Assembly: GCA_964016885.1 (NCBI GenBank)
Contig: OZ024742.1
Span: 93,372,001-93,436,000, forward strand
Origin: Eledone cirrhosa
Lineage: Eukaryota
Length of the DNA stretch: 64,000 nt
Direction: 5' to 3'
Positions 42,148-55,506 of this stretch are shown here, piece by piece. Both the position numbers and the translations under genes were made by a program. The notes beneath the pieces are model-generated. The model was not told the DNA's origin and did no database searches. It saw only the letters and a program-made list of their open reading frames with translations. Each line of letters opens with the position of its first letter. Within the stretch, counting starts at the first letter, position 1.

Positions 42148-42506
42148 TTAACTTTTTCTTTACCATATTTCAAATGAAATATGTTGCTTATAATTGACAA
42201 AAAGTTTGAAAATAATAAAGAATTTAGAGGGATTAAATAACATAAATTTCTCATTATTTAGGTGGTGTTTTGGAGCAAAACTTAATAAATTTTCTTTCAT
42301 AAAATTATGATGAATGAATTTTAGATAAATACAGGGGGTATTAAAAAGAGTCATCCGATTTCAAAAGGTCATATTTTCGAAACAATTATAGCATTTTCAA
42401 ATCAGATGAGTCTTTATGATACACCCTGTAGAAATATTCTAACTTAAACAACTTTGTAACACAGAACCAGAGGTGTTATCAGATGGTTTGGTATCAAAAG
42501 AGTTAA
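42148..42506. mobile_element. piggyBac-like TTAA MITE copy interrupted by a Tc1/mariner MITE
   Basis: TTAA lies at both ends, and the sequence aligns with 49676-49973 once 42332-42428 is removed. Confidence 0.65.
42332..42428. mobile_element. 97-bp Tc1/mariner-type MITE
   Basis: It reads TA-cagggggtattaaaaagagtcatccgattt...aaatcagatgagtctttatgatacaccctg-TA. Confidence 0.8.
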
Positions 42507-43165
42507 TAACAAAATTATGTAACATAAAAATATAAATAATAAAAACATATCATGATTTCTGATAATACAAAAGGTTTCTATATAATATGCAACACCTATC
42601 ATAGACCCATCTTTAATTTCACTATTAATTCTTACAAGAAAACAAGCTGGAATAGCTGGAATACCTGGAATGAAATGAAACCCCATGAAAAAAATATTAC
42701 TTCTGATTTAGACACTGATGATGTGACAGAACCTCTACTGCCTCAAAAATCTTTATTTTACTTTAGAAGACCATAAACCTAGTTTAGACATTAAATCTTC
42801 TGTGCATTAAATGCAATTATTGAAACCCACTAAAACGTATTCTGAATTACGCAGTGTTAGGGCAATTGCTAACTAATACAAGTTAGTCAAGTTTACACTA
42901 TATGTAAGATTTCAACTAGAATTGTTTTCTTTAAAAATTAATAAGTCTTTCATATCTCAACATCTGGGCATAAGTAAATGCCGATGAATAGTAATGACCA
43001 TGAAACAAATGTATACACTGTTTTTCAAGTTGAAGTAGCTGTGATATGATCACAGCTTAAATTACTCATAGCAATACTAAGAATGTGTTTATTATACATA
43101 ACATATTGTGTATATACCATTATTCTGAACCATGCTGAGTGTTATTACTAATATATATATATATA

Positions 43166-43601
43166 TATGGTAGTGAGACATGGGCAGCAACTGCAGAGGA
43201 TATGCAACGGCTGGAGAGAAATGAGGCAAGCATGCTCCGTTGGATGTGCAGTGTAAATGTGCGTGAACGACCCAGCATAAATGTGTTGAGAGAGAAACTG
43301 TGTCTGAGAAGGATAGAATGTAGTGTACGGGAGAGGAGACTGGGGTGGTATGGACATGTGATGCGCATGGAGGATGACCGATGGAAGAAGTGCCAGGAAA
43401 TGCCAGTTGAACGAAGATGTGGTAGAGGTAGACCACGAAAAACATGGGCGGAGGTGGTGAGAACAGACCTCAGATCATTGAAACTCACGGTGGAGATGCT
43501 GAAGGGCCGTGACAAGTAGAGAGATGCTGTGCTGAATAAGACCCGTCCCACCCTTGCAAGCAGGGAAAAGAGGACGTAAAATGATGATGATGATGATGAT
43601 G
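43166..43601 (+). mobile_element. RTE LINE 3' end inserted in (TA)n
   Basis: It encodes YGSETWAATAEDMQRLERNEASMLRWMC...WYGHVMRM...GRGRPRKTW and has an (ATG)n tail. Confidence 0.9.
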
Positions 43602-43621
43602 ATATATATATATATAAATAT

Positions 43622-44114
43622 ATATTGTTATACTTGGGGTGGGTCATATTTGTGTAATATTGCCAGAATTAATAACAGAACACACTCACTGTTTGGTTGG
43701 TTTTCGCTTTTCGCTTCTGTGTCTTTTATATCGGTAATCTAATTTATTCGGTCCTCAATAAATAAATAAATAAATAAATAAATAGATAAATAAATAAATA
43801 AATATATAGACAGACTAAATAAAAATGGTGTAGACATACAATGTAACGGGAGGAAACAATAGCACCACTGACGATGTTGCAGATGTGCAACGAAAGAACT
43901 TTGATAAACTATATATATGTGTTTGTGTCTATATTGTATCTGTATTATTTTTTACCGTTGGTCAGTCAATGGCAACATTGAGGACCGAATAAATTAGATT
44001 ACCGATATAAAAGACACAGAAGCGAAAAGCAAAAACCAACCAAACAGTGAGTGTGTTCTGTTATTAATTCTGGCAATATTACACAAATATGACCCTCCCC
44101 AAATATAACAATAT
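43622..44114. repeat. 138-bp near-perfect inverted repeat with a 217-bp spacer; probably an inverted PLE pseudo-LTR
   Basis: 43622-43759 is the reverse complement of 43977-44114 with few mismatches, and the spacer holds an HHR core. Confidence 0.85.
43862..43904 (+). ncRNA. Hammerhead-like core with a weak stem I
   Basis: The sequence is CTGACGA-t-GTTGCA-gatg-TGCAAC-GAAA-gaac-TT. Stem II is a perfect 6 bp and stem I has only about 2 bp. Confidence 0.55.
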
Positions 44115-44165
44115 TTGTTTCGACACACGATTTCATATAAAAAACCTCGCAAAACTAATATATAA

Positions 44166-44227
<62 letters not shown>

Positions 44228-44639
44228 TCACCTTAAACGATGACAATGATGATGATTTATATATATTAAGTTATAAGTTATTTACGCAGGTGTATAAAGT
44301 ATGTCTTAGTATTTCATTTATCATTCACTTGGCTGGGTAGGAGGTTGTTAATAAGAACATTTCTAACATATCTATTTTTTTCAAAATGCTAGATGATGAT
44401 TATGATGAAGAAGAGGAGGAAGATGATAGAGTTTGGTAAATGGAATGTTTATCTCTGTTTGGTTCCTGTCATTTGTTTTGAACAGTTGTTCCAAATTCTA
44501 TACCCCTGCCTCTTCTCCACTGAGATTCTAAATTAAAAATATTAAATGAGATATCTAATAATGAACAGGTGTTCTTCAAAACTTATATATATTTATATAT
44601 ATATATACATATATATATATACATATATAATACAGATTA

Positions 44640-44729
<90 letters not shown>

Positions 44730-45904
44730 GGTACATAATCTGTATTGTTTATTAATAAATTGTTGTTGAATATTTTCAGCAATCTTGCGTTAAACAAACT
44801 GAAATGAGGAAATGCCATTCTTTATTCGAAGACACCTATATATGTGTGTGAGAGTGCATGCATATATACATACATTTCTATACACAGAAAATACAATGAT
44901 ATTTCTATGTGCATATAAACATATATATTATGTAAATTTTCTATATTCCATTCAGGTTGCTATAGTTCACACACATGCATACACATACAAAGGCATACAC
45001 ATATACACATATATAGCAGAGAAAGTGGATGTTAAAATGATGATGATGATAATATTTATACACATCCACATCATCACATAGACAACACTTTCCCCACTCT
45101 CACCCTTTATTAACCAATATCTGTCTATCTTCTCTGTTTTTGCATACCATCAATATTACCTATTATTATTGAAAGTCTGGAAATTTTGACACAATCAGTG
45201 AAGACATTGTTATATTGGAGATGTTGTTTATATTAGTATAAACACAGGTATGGCTTAGTGGTTAAAAAGGTTGCTTCACAATCATAAGCTTCTGGCTTAA
45301 TCCCATTATGTGGAATCTTGGAAATATGCTTTTACTTTAGCCCGGGGATGATACAAGCATTTTGAGTGAAATTGGATAGATGGAAACTGTATGGAAACCC
45401 TTCAACATGTTTGTACCTGTAAGTCAAAGGTTCAGCCTTTTCATATATTGTGTTACATTGATTTTTGCCTGAGAATTACGTTAAGGTTACACCTGTTTGT
45501 TGAATACTTAACCAATTACATGTTAATTCATTAGTGGGATGGACAGTTGATTAAACGACTGAGTGCTCATCCTCGAATCTCATTGATGATCAACTACATT
45601 AGAGAAAACAATGCATCATCATCACCCTTTAATGTCCATTTTCCATGCTTGCATGGGTTGAATGGGTTGTCAGATAAGAATAATGATAATGATAACAGGA
45701 ACAACAACAAAAACAACAACAATAAAAATAATAATGAAATAATAATAATAATTTTATAACCCTCCCCCATCATCATTGCAACTACCACAGAAACATAAAA
45801 AAAAGTAACAATATCGAATAGCAACACTTTCTTTAACCCCACCACCATCAGCATCTCTACTGTACCAACACCACCACTACCTTAATGGTAGCTGGAATAA
45901 TAAT

Positions 45905-46093
45905 TGTTCTAATTTAGGCACAAATACAGCAATTATCCCAATGCATTACTGGTGCTTTATTTTATCAACCCTGTAAGGATGAAAGGCAAAGCTAACCTCG
46001 GCAGGATTTGAACTCAGAACATAGAGGGCCATAACTCTATGCTGCAAAGCATGGTGTCTGATGCCCTACCAATACTGCCAAATCCACCGCTCT
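45905..46093 (-). mobile_element. Short tRNA SINE with a 16-bp TSD
   Basis: It is the same family as 18515. The TSD is tagctggaataataat (45889-45904) and tagctgaaataataat (46094-46109). Confidence 0.85.
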
Positions 46094-46419
46094 TAGCTGA
46101 AATAATAATAATAATGGTCTCTTTAGTGGCCACTAGGGTTGGGTGCTCCCTATCAAAAAATCACTTTATCCAAAGAGCTGGGCAAATTTAGGTGGACTTC
46201 TGAACTGAGAAAAATGCCTTATCGGAAAAAGAAAACTTAGAATAATACACTAAATTGCTTGTCCTATGGTTAATTAGGAAGTGCATCCATCAGGAAGGGG
46301 CCAACCTGATGTATGAAGTCATCCATTGGCACAAACTCTTTTCTGAATACATACTTGGATAGTCACTTTAACAGGAACTTCCCCAACTCGAGCTCTCCAT
46401 GTTAACCATTATAATCACC

Positions 46420-47400
46420 ACAAAAAAAATAAAAGGAGCAAATGGACCTGGGAAGAGTATAAAAAAAAAGCAATATATGCTTATTACTATGCATTAGGTA
46501 AGCCATCCCAAAAGAGACACAATGCAAATTCTTACAAAATATGGAGAACATCAAGTCAAAATAGCAGACCTTATTTGAAAGAAAATGGGTTAGCAAATGG
46601 TAGGTGTGATATATTCAGAAATAATAGACTCACAGATATCGAATGAATTGCAATCAAGCACAGAGTGGAAAATGACCTAAATATAGGAAAAGAAGGAAAT
46701 GAAGAATCAGATAAAGAGAGTAGCCAGCCCCAAGTCTTAATTGAAAGGTTGTCATCTGTTCAAATTAGGCAAAGGATTGAAGCAGTAAGAAATTCTAATC
46801 AGTCTAATGAAAATAACTGAGGAAGTGGGATAGAAAAAGAATTTGCAAACCAAGTAATTGCTGAAGAACACAGAGAGTCTATAATCAAAATGAAGCAGAA
46901 CAATCTGAATGAGTAAGCAGTTGTAAGACATACAAGTATGAATGATAGAGAACCACTTCAAAAACTCTCAAATAAAACCAAAATAAAATAAATAAAAAAT
47001 CAAATAAAAATCAGTAACTGTGCAACTAAAGAAATCATACAAGAATTAGAACATGACCTTACTGAGTTAAATGAAATTGTTTACGCATCTGATAGGGTAA
47101 TTGAAACAAGATGTAAGAAACCGAAAAAACAAAGAAAGCCAAACGTAAGAAGAAATCCACAATGGAGAAGTAAAATAGAAAAAGAGGTTGAATTAATGAG
47201 AGGAGAAATATCAATATTAGATGAAGTAATCTCTGTAAATAACGTAAGATCGAGAAGAGAAAGAAAGTTGAAGAGAAAATATGGATTTTCATCAAGAGAA
47301 GAGCTGATATCAACAAAGGAAGCACTGAAACAAAAAGTCCAAGTAAAAGCTCAAAGAATATGAAGATTTGAGAAGAGAAACAATTTTTACAAACCAACTA
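46420..47400 (+). pseudogene. Decayed N-terminal region of an R4/Dong-like non-LTR retrotransposon
   Basis: KWTWEEY...YAYYYA, PQWRSKIEKEVELMRGEISIL and LKQKVQVKAQRI*RFEKRN resemble the pre-RT region of R4-clade ORFs. There are multiple stops. Confidence 0.6.
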
Positions 47401-47404
47401 AGTT

Positions 47405-48310
47405 GTGCCCATACTCCTGCACAACCTTCCTTAGAAGGTCCTGAAGACTGAGGTCATATGCCTTTTCAAGGTCTACAAAACAAGAATATACCTCTTTGCA
47501 ATACTCCCATGATTTCTCAAAACCTGCTGCAGTGTGAATATTTGGTTGGCTGTGCTGAATTTAAAACAAAAACTGCACTGTTCATCAGCTAGCTTGGATG
47601 TGACAATATCACTGCATCCCTTTGCTAGACACTTAGTATAGACTTTAATGGGGAGGCTTAACAAAGAGATTCCTCAGTAATTGGAATAATCACTTGTGTC
47701 TACCTTTTTGAAAATTGGCATTATCACTCCCAATTGCCATTGCTTAGGTACCTTTCCAGAGACCCAGGCTACCCGGCACACACAAGTCAGCCAGAGCATA
47801 CCTTCTCTATTTAAGGCTTTTAACATCTCAGGACCTGCTGTGGAAGGTTCTGCAGGAGTATGGGATCGATGGTCAGCTTCTTACTGATGTCTCTATATAA
47901 ATGCCTAAGTATTTGAGTTCAGATGAATGGTGCTAAATCGAAACCATTCAATGTGGGAGTCAGATTCCACCAAAGGAGCATACCTGTCATGTTCATTATT
48001 TTCATGAACATCATTGACATGTGCAGCCAATTTGGAAGTGGTATCAAGATTGGTAGGTGTAGGATCAGTTGGCTGCAATTTGCGGACAACATGGCACTAC
48101 TTAACTCATCAGAAGGTGATTTCTGACATGCACTTGATAGGTTTGCTGCTGAGTGTTGCATGGGCTGAAACAAAAAATTAGTGCTTTAAAGACTAAGACA
48201 ATCATCTTCTCAATGAATCCTGCACCATGCACTCTACATGGGAGTAGAGTTCCAATGAAGCTGGTGCAGAAGTCCATGTATCACTGGGCTGTGTTTATGA
48301 GTGATGACGG
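47405..48310. mobile_element. 5'-inverted RTE LINE fragment (minus 47405-47830, plus 47829-48310)
   Basis: The minus part reads PEMLKALNREG...VIMPIFKK...DQIFTLQQ-like...VDLEKAYD...QEYG. The plus part reads DLLWKVLQEYGIDGQL...KPFNVGV...LQFADNM. Confidence 0.8.
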
Positions 48311-48755
48311 GCAGTGGTTGAATCCCTGGAGCTGGTTGCCTTTCATCCTTTTGAGGTTGTTAAAATAAAGTACCAGTCAAGTACTGGGTTGATTTAATCA
48401 ACGTTCCCTGATCCAAATTGACTGGCCTTATGCCTAAAGTTGAAACCATTATCTAGTTACAGTCCTTTATGTTCAAATTCTGCTGAAATCAACTTTGCCT
48501 TTCACCCTAATGGAGTTGACAAATATAGTATCAGTAATGAACATTTTAATGTTTTAACCCCTTCATCGCAATATTTCTAATGAAATATATTGTATTTCAA
48601 TTAAGGAATGAAAATATTTTAGTAATTTATTAAAATGATTAATGTTCAATGTATATTGTTAATGGATGTGGCATGAGTGAGTGTATCATCATCATCATCA
48701 TCGGACCATATATAGAATGATAGTAATTCCTAGCACCTGGTAGACATACACACAT

Positions 48756-48928
48756 GGTAGAGGGTTGGACGCCATGCTTTGCAGGATAGAGTTACGGTCC
48801 TTTATGGTCTGAGTTCAAATCCCGCCGAAGTTAACTTTGCCTTTCATCCTTACAGGGTCGATAAAATAAAGTACCAGTAATGCACTGGGTAATTGCTGGC
48901 CTTGTGCCAAAAGTAGAAACAATTATTA
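48756..48928 (+). mobile_element. Short tRNA SINE, 5'-truncated
   Basis: It is the same family as 18515-18697. Older relatives lie at 48320-48540, 39400-39500, 40105-40255 and 36685-36810. Confidence 0.8.
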
Positions 48929-49675
48929 AAATTCATTTTATCAAATGTTGAGTATTTTTTCATGTCAGTATGGGTTAGATGAGTTGTTACATTTTGAGTC
49001 AAGTCAGGTCAGATGACCATGTCTTGCTCATACAGAACTTTTTCTGGCTTGGTTGCTACAGCCAAATGCCTGTCCTAACACCAACCACATTTACAGTGTG
49101 GATTGGGTGCCTTTTATCATGGCAGCAAAATGACCACTCTACAATGTAGACTGGGCGATTTTTGTCACAGCACCAATCTGTGTATATATAGAGAAAACAG
49201 GCTCAGGATTTGAATATAACTGAAGCTATATTCTGTTTATAGAAATCAAAAATGGGTGTGGTGTACTGAATAGATGAAAAAGTATATACTTGTTATGTGT
49301 GCATACATAATTTAAAAGTGGGCGTGGTTATATCAACACATAGAGAAAAGCAAGTTTATGTTGAGAGCACACACACATGATGATATTGAGTATATTTAAA
49401 AAGTAGCTGTCACCATTAAGAACTTATAAAGAAACTGATTGTGACAGAGTTGAAAATATAAAGGAAAGGTTGTAATTTTTATAGTCTCATAAATGATGGT
49501 TTGTCTTTGCTGCACTAATTTAGAAAAATGGTTTTAGCTGTATTTATTGGATTATTTGGAGCTGTGTTGAAGGTAGAGAATAAGTAAATGGTTGGTGCTG
49601 TATTCAATTTTCAGAAAGAATGGGTGTGGCATAAGAAGATATACAAACAAATAACAAATAGATGTGCTATTATGT

Positions 49676-49973
49676 TTAACCCTTTCATTACCATATTTCT
49701 AATGAAGGACACTGCCTATGATTTTCAAATAATTTTGAAAATAATCAAGAATTTGGAGCGATTTAGTAATATAACAAACTTTCTCATTATCAAAGTGGAG
49801 TTCAGAACATATGTGGTTTGGCTTACTAATTTAAAGGCTACTATGTTTTATGGGTTCGAACTCTGCTGTTTTCTTTATGATGGAATGTTTTTAGATAAAT
49901 ATAAACACTATAAAACAGTTTTATATTATAGAACCAGGTGCAGTTTCAGACAGTTCTGTATCAAAATGCTTAA
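49676..49973. mobile_element. piggyBac-like TTAA MITE copy
   Basis: It reads TTAA-ccctttcattaccatatttct...gtatcaaaatgc-TTAA. Confidence 0.65.
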
Positions 49974-50756
49974 TTCATTTAGAAACTTAATGTAGATCTC
50001 TGTTTACTAAATAAAAACTCACAAAATAAGATAAAATAAATTATCAACCAAAATACAAAACAAAAGAAAGCACTAAAATGTTTGACTCTATTTTTATTAT
50101 CAATGAAAATAGCGTGAGTATATTTATTCTTTCAATCTTTTTCTTGTTTCAGTCATTAGACACCAGCCATATTGAGGCACCAACTTGGCAGGATTTAATT
50201 GATCATATCAACCACACTACTTATGTTTTCAAATCTGGTATTTATTTTATCGATCTCTATTTTGCAAACTGCTGAGTTATGGAGCATAAACGAATGGTAA
50301 ATATAAACACAAACATGAGCATACATATACATATATGCACATACACACACACACACTCACACATGGAATAGACTTCTACACAGATTCTATTTCCCAATTT
50401 TCACTCAAAAGAGGTTGGTTAATCTGAGGCTATAGTAGAAAATATTTGCCAAAGAATGAACCCCGAACCATATGACTGCAAAGTGAACTCTTTACCTATA
50501 AAAAAAAACAAAAAAAACAAGAAAAGAACAAAACAAAAACAGAGCAAAAGAGAACATTAAAAGTGCTTAGCTGCATTTTTAATATGAATGAAATTAGTGG
50601 TGTGTGCATATATATGTTGTGTGTGAATTAAGAGCAAGGAATTACAGCAGAAAATGAGCTGCGTTGGTACCAATCCTATAGCGCTTACAGATCTGTGAGC
50701 GATATGGGTAGTGGATATGATAAATTAATCTGGCAGATTGTCTAAAAACTTGCATT

Positions 50757-50815
<59 letters not shown>

Positions 50816-50937
50816 TATGTAGTATATATATATATATATATATATGTATTTACATATATATATATGTATATAAATATATATATATATATGTGTGTATATA
50901 TATATATATATATGCATATATATATATGCATATATAA

Positions 50938-51039
<102 letters not shown>

Positions 51040-51820
51040 GTATATATATATGTATATATAGCTATATATATGTATATATATGTGTGTGTGTGTGTGGTCA
51101 GTGGTGGGTAAAATCAAGGGTGGGGGTAGGGTAGAGATATAAGTTGAGGTGGTGAATAGAGCATAGCCATTCTTGCATGACTGGTCTTTGACAAAAGAAC
51201 TAAGCACAAATACAGAGAATTGTTTAATGGCTATCAATTTTGTGTGTGTATGTGTGTATGGGTATATATGTGTATTTATGTATGTGTATGTATGCGTGTG
51301 TGTGTACATATATATATATATCTGTGTGTGTATGTGTGTGCATGTGTGTGCGTGTACATGTGTGTGTGTGTAAGTATTGTGGAAGGATTGCAGTATATCA
51401 GTATATATTAGATTGGAGGAGATGTTGGCACTACACACTGTGGAATCGCCAAACTGTGTGAAGACATTTAAAGAAACTGGCAAAAGCTTTTGATGTCTCA
51501 CAACATCAAAGCAGAATTTCTGTGGTTTAATAGGTATGGTAGTTGTGATGGTGATGGTTGGAGTGGAGTGGTGGAACTGGACATAGTGAGGTGGTGGCAC
51601 TGAAGATTATAGTGATAGTGGGGAAGATGATGTAGGTGGTAGTTAAGATGCTGCTGATGGTGGTGGTGGTAAAGGTTTTTGCAGTGGTGAAGGTGTTGGT
51701 GTTGATGTGTGGTGGTAGAGAGGATTTTATTGACTGAAAGGTTAATTGTAGGGTTGATGTATGTTGAAAATGTTATTCTATGAAAATGATAAAAATGGAA
51801 ATAATAACAGCAATAACAAC

Positions 51821-51918
<98 letters not shown>

Positions 51919-52269
51919 TTGTGATATATAGGTAAGCAATCAAGAGGAATGGATATTGCTAATGATGCCGATTGTGGCTTTGATGTATTGATGGACACTA
52001 TAGAGAAGGAACAGTAGAAATATAAATACATAAGAGGAATAAAGGGGGAAAATGATGATGATAGTGGTAATGATAATGGAGATGATGATGATGATGATGA
52101 TTATCGTGCTGATGGTGATAGTAGTAATGACAAAGATGTTGATGTTGAGTATGGTGCTGATGATGATGGTGGTGATGATGATAATGATTAAACAATTATA
52201 ATCTCTGTCTGAGATGCGAAGATTTTCTGAGTCAGATATTCTAAACTTATATTTGAGTGACACAACTGA

Positions 52270-52362
<93 letters not shown>

Positions 52363-52465
52363 CAGCAAGAGATGTCAACATGAATGGACCTGTTATTTTT
52401 ATCTAAAGACATTTTTTCCAATTCCATCCTGCCTGGTCCCTCAATCTATTTTATTTCTCACTCTT

Positions 52466-52501
52466 TCTTCTGATGAAGGACTAGCGTCCGAAACGTTAAG
52501 A
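52466..52501 (+). ncRNA. Minimal type I hammerhead ribozyme (PLE type, no stem III)
   Basis: The sequence is TCTT-CTGATGA-a-GGAC-tagc-GTCC-GAAACGTT-AAGA, with palindromic AACGTT in place of stem III. Confidence 0.75.
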
Positions 52502-52593
52502 CCCTCTTCCTGCTATATCAAGCATTAACCTAATATATACCTTCCATATACTGTACCGATTGTGTTGTTATTTCTGTTTACCTTTACATACAC

Positions 52594-52625
<32 letters not shown>

Positions 52626-52950
52626 ATATATACATACATGCATACATACGTACATTCATATATACATATATCCATATATAAAAATATATATATAAAGGAA
52701 AGTATACACCTGACCATGCTGCTTAGTGGCTTCGCCTTGTATTTGACAAGCCTTTTCAAAAGTGTACTCTGCTTCTTCCCAAGCATAGAGTACTATCCTG
52801 ATTTGTGCTTTCCCCAGTTTTGACATGGCAGACTATATATATAAATAGATGAATTTAAAAATGTATGTCTCGAAAACTTAAACATCTCAATGAAAGGATA
52901 ACATATATTAATAAATTATCAACTCAGAGAAATAATGTAATACATTAAAC

Positions 52951-53316
52951 TTAAGGCAAAATCCCGATTTGTGAGTGTGTGTGTGTATGTAGGGGGTGGG
53001 TGGGTGTAGGAGGAGGACATAAGCTAGAGCGATTAAAACAAGCCTGTTTTACTGATAAAGTTTTGCAACCATGGCTTCTAGAATTCAAGAAACAACATTA
53101 ACCATTTCAAAATATCAGAATAACCAATATTGGAAGAATTACAATTCTGTCATCAGGAAGAAAATTCTTTGGAATAATATTGGTTATTCCAATGTTTTGA
53201 AATTGTAAATGTTCTTTCTTTAATTCCAGAAACCATGGTTGGGAACTATTCGAGTAAAACTGACTTATTTTAATCGGTCTATCTTATATCTCCCCTGAAC
53301 TGGGATTTTGACTTAA
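52951..53316. mobile_element. Fold-back (palindromic) MITE bounded by TTAA
   Basis: It reads TTAA-ggcaaaatccc...gggattttgac-TTAA. The arms pair along most of their length (aaccatgg/ccatggtt, aataaccaatatt/aatattggttatt). Confidence 0.75.
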
Positions 53317-53375
53317 GTTTTATATGTTTATATATATATTACCCTCACCCACCCACTTCTGTCCACACAATCCTA

Positions 53376-55355
53376 ACAAAATGCACCCAGCCCACACTGT
53401 AAAGTGGTCCTGTGGGTGTCACAACAAAATGTATATAGCCCACACTGTAAAGTGGTCCTGTGGGTGTCACAACAAAATGTATATAGCCCACACTGTAAAG
53501 TGGTCCTGTGGGTGTCACAACAAAATGTATATAGCCCACACTGTAAAGTGGTCCTGTGGGTGTCACAACAAAATGCATATAGCCCACACTGTAAAGTGGT
53601 CCTGTAGGTGTCACAACAAAATGCACCTAGCCCACACTGTAAAGTGGTACTGTGGGTGTCACAAAAAATGTATATAGCCCACACTGTAAAGTGGTCCTGT
53701 GGGTGTCACAATAAAATGTATATAGCCCACACTGTAAAGTGGTCCTGTGGGTGTCACAACAAAATGTATATAGCCCACACTGTAAAGTGGTCCTGTGGGT
53801 GTCACAACAAAATGCACCCAGCCCACACTGTAAAGTGGTCCTGTGGGTGTCACAACAAAATGTATATAGCCCACACTGTAAAGTGGTCCTGTGGTTGTCA
53901 CAAGAAAATTCACCCAGCCCACACTGTAAGATGGTCCTGTGGGTGTCACAACAAAATGTATATAGCCCACACTGTAAAGTGGTCCTGTGGGTGTCACAAC
54001 AAAATGCACCCAGCCCACACTGTAAAGTGGTCTTGTGGATGTCACAACAAAATGTATATAGCCCACACTGTAAAGTGGTCCTGTGGGTGTCACAACAAAA
54101 TGTATATAGCCTACACTGTAAAGTGGTCCTGTGGGTGTCACATCAAAATGCACCCAGCCCACACTGTAAGGTGGTCCTGTGGGTGTCACAACAAAATGTA
54201 TATAGCCCACACTGTAAAGTGGTCCTGTGGGTGTCACAACAAAATGTATATAGCCCACACTGTAAAGTGGTCCTGTGGGTGTCACAACAAAATGCACCCA
54301 GCCCACACTGTAAGGTGGTCCTGTGGGTGTCACAACAAAATATATATAGCCCACACTGTAAAGTGGTCCTGTGGGTGTCACAACAAAATGTATATAGCCC
54401 ACACTGTAAAGTGGTCCTGTGGGTGTCACAACAAAATGTATATAGCCCACACTGTAAAGTGGTCCTGTGGGTGTCACAACAAAATGTATATAGCCCACAC
54501 TGTAAAGTGGTCCTGTGGGTGTCACAACAAAATGTATATAGCCCACACTGTAAAGTGGTCCTGTAGGTGTCACAACAAAATGCACCCAGCCCACACTGTA
54601 AAGTGGTCCTGTGGGTGTCACAACAAAATGTATATAGCCCACACTGTAAGGTGGTCCTGTAGGTGTCACAACAAAATGCACCCAGCCCACACTGTAAAGT
54701 GGTCCTGTAGGTGTCACAACAAAATGTATATAGCCCACACTGTAAAGTGGTCCTGTAGGTGTCACAACAAAATGCACCCAATCCCACATTGTAAAGTGGT
54801 CCTGTGGGTGTCACAACAAAATGCACCCAGCCCACACTGTAAAGTGGTCCTGTGGGTGTCACAACAAAATGTATATAGCCCACACTGTAAAGTGGTCCTG
54901 TGGGTGTCACAACAAAATGTATATAGCCCACACTGTAAAGTGGTCCTGTGGGTGTCACAACAAAATGCACCTAGCCCACACTGTAAAGTGGTCCTGTAGG
55001 TGTCACAACAAAATGCACCTAGCCCACACTGTAACGTGGTCCTGTGGGTGTCACAACAAAATGCATCCAGCCCACACTGTAAGGTTGTCTTGTGGGTGTC
55101 ACAACAAAATGCACCCAGCCCACACTGTAAGGTGGTCTTGTGGGTGTCACAACAAAATGCACCTAGCCCACACTGTAAGGTGGTCGTGTAGGTGTCAACA
55201 CAAAATGCACCCAGCCCACACTGTAAGGTGGTCGTAGGTATCAACACAAAATGCACCCAGCCCACACTGTAAGGTGGTCATGTAGGTGTCAACACAAAAT
55301 GCACCTAGCACACACTGTAAAGTGGTCATGTAGGAGTAATGGCAAAAAGCCCCCA
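53376..55355 (+). repeat. 48-bp tandem satellite of about 41 units derived from an RTE 3'UTR module
   Basis: The unit cacaacaaaatgtatatagcccacactgtaaagtggtcctgtgggtgt matches the modules at 11500-11570 and 62135-62205 and runs into an RTE tail (55360-55510). Confidence 0.95.
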
Positions 55356-55506
55356 GCACAAATGTAAAGCAGCCAGCTTTAGAAACCTTGCCAGAAACAG
55401 TTCTATATAAGCAAGACATGGTCACCTGACCCATCTTGCCTCAAATGGGGCAATCCATCTAACCCATGCTAGCATGGAAAATAGATATTAAATAATGATT
55501 ATGATG

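Noticed and set aside
53125-53160. Minus-strand CTGATGA plus hairpin in the loop of the fold-back element
   Set aside because: No GAAA follows the hairpin and there is no stem I, so it is not a hammerhead.
53376-55355. CRISPR-like regular array or Cys/His-rich repeat protein (HTVKWSCGCHNKMYIA)n
   Set aside because: There are no unique spacers or cas genes and the context is eukaryotic. The unit derives from a LINE 3'UTR, and several frames on both strands are open simply because the unit is 48 bp.
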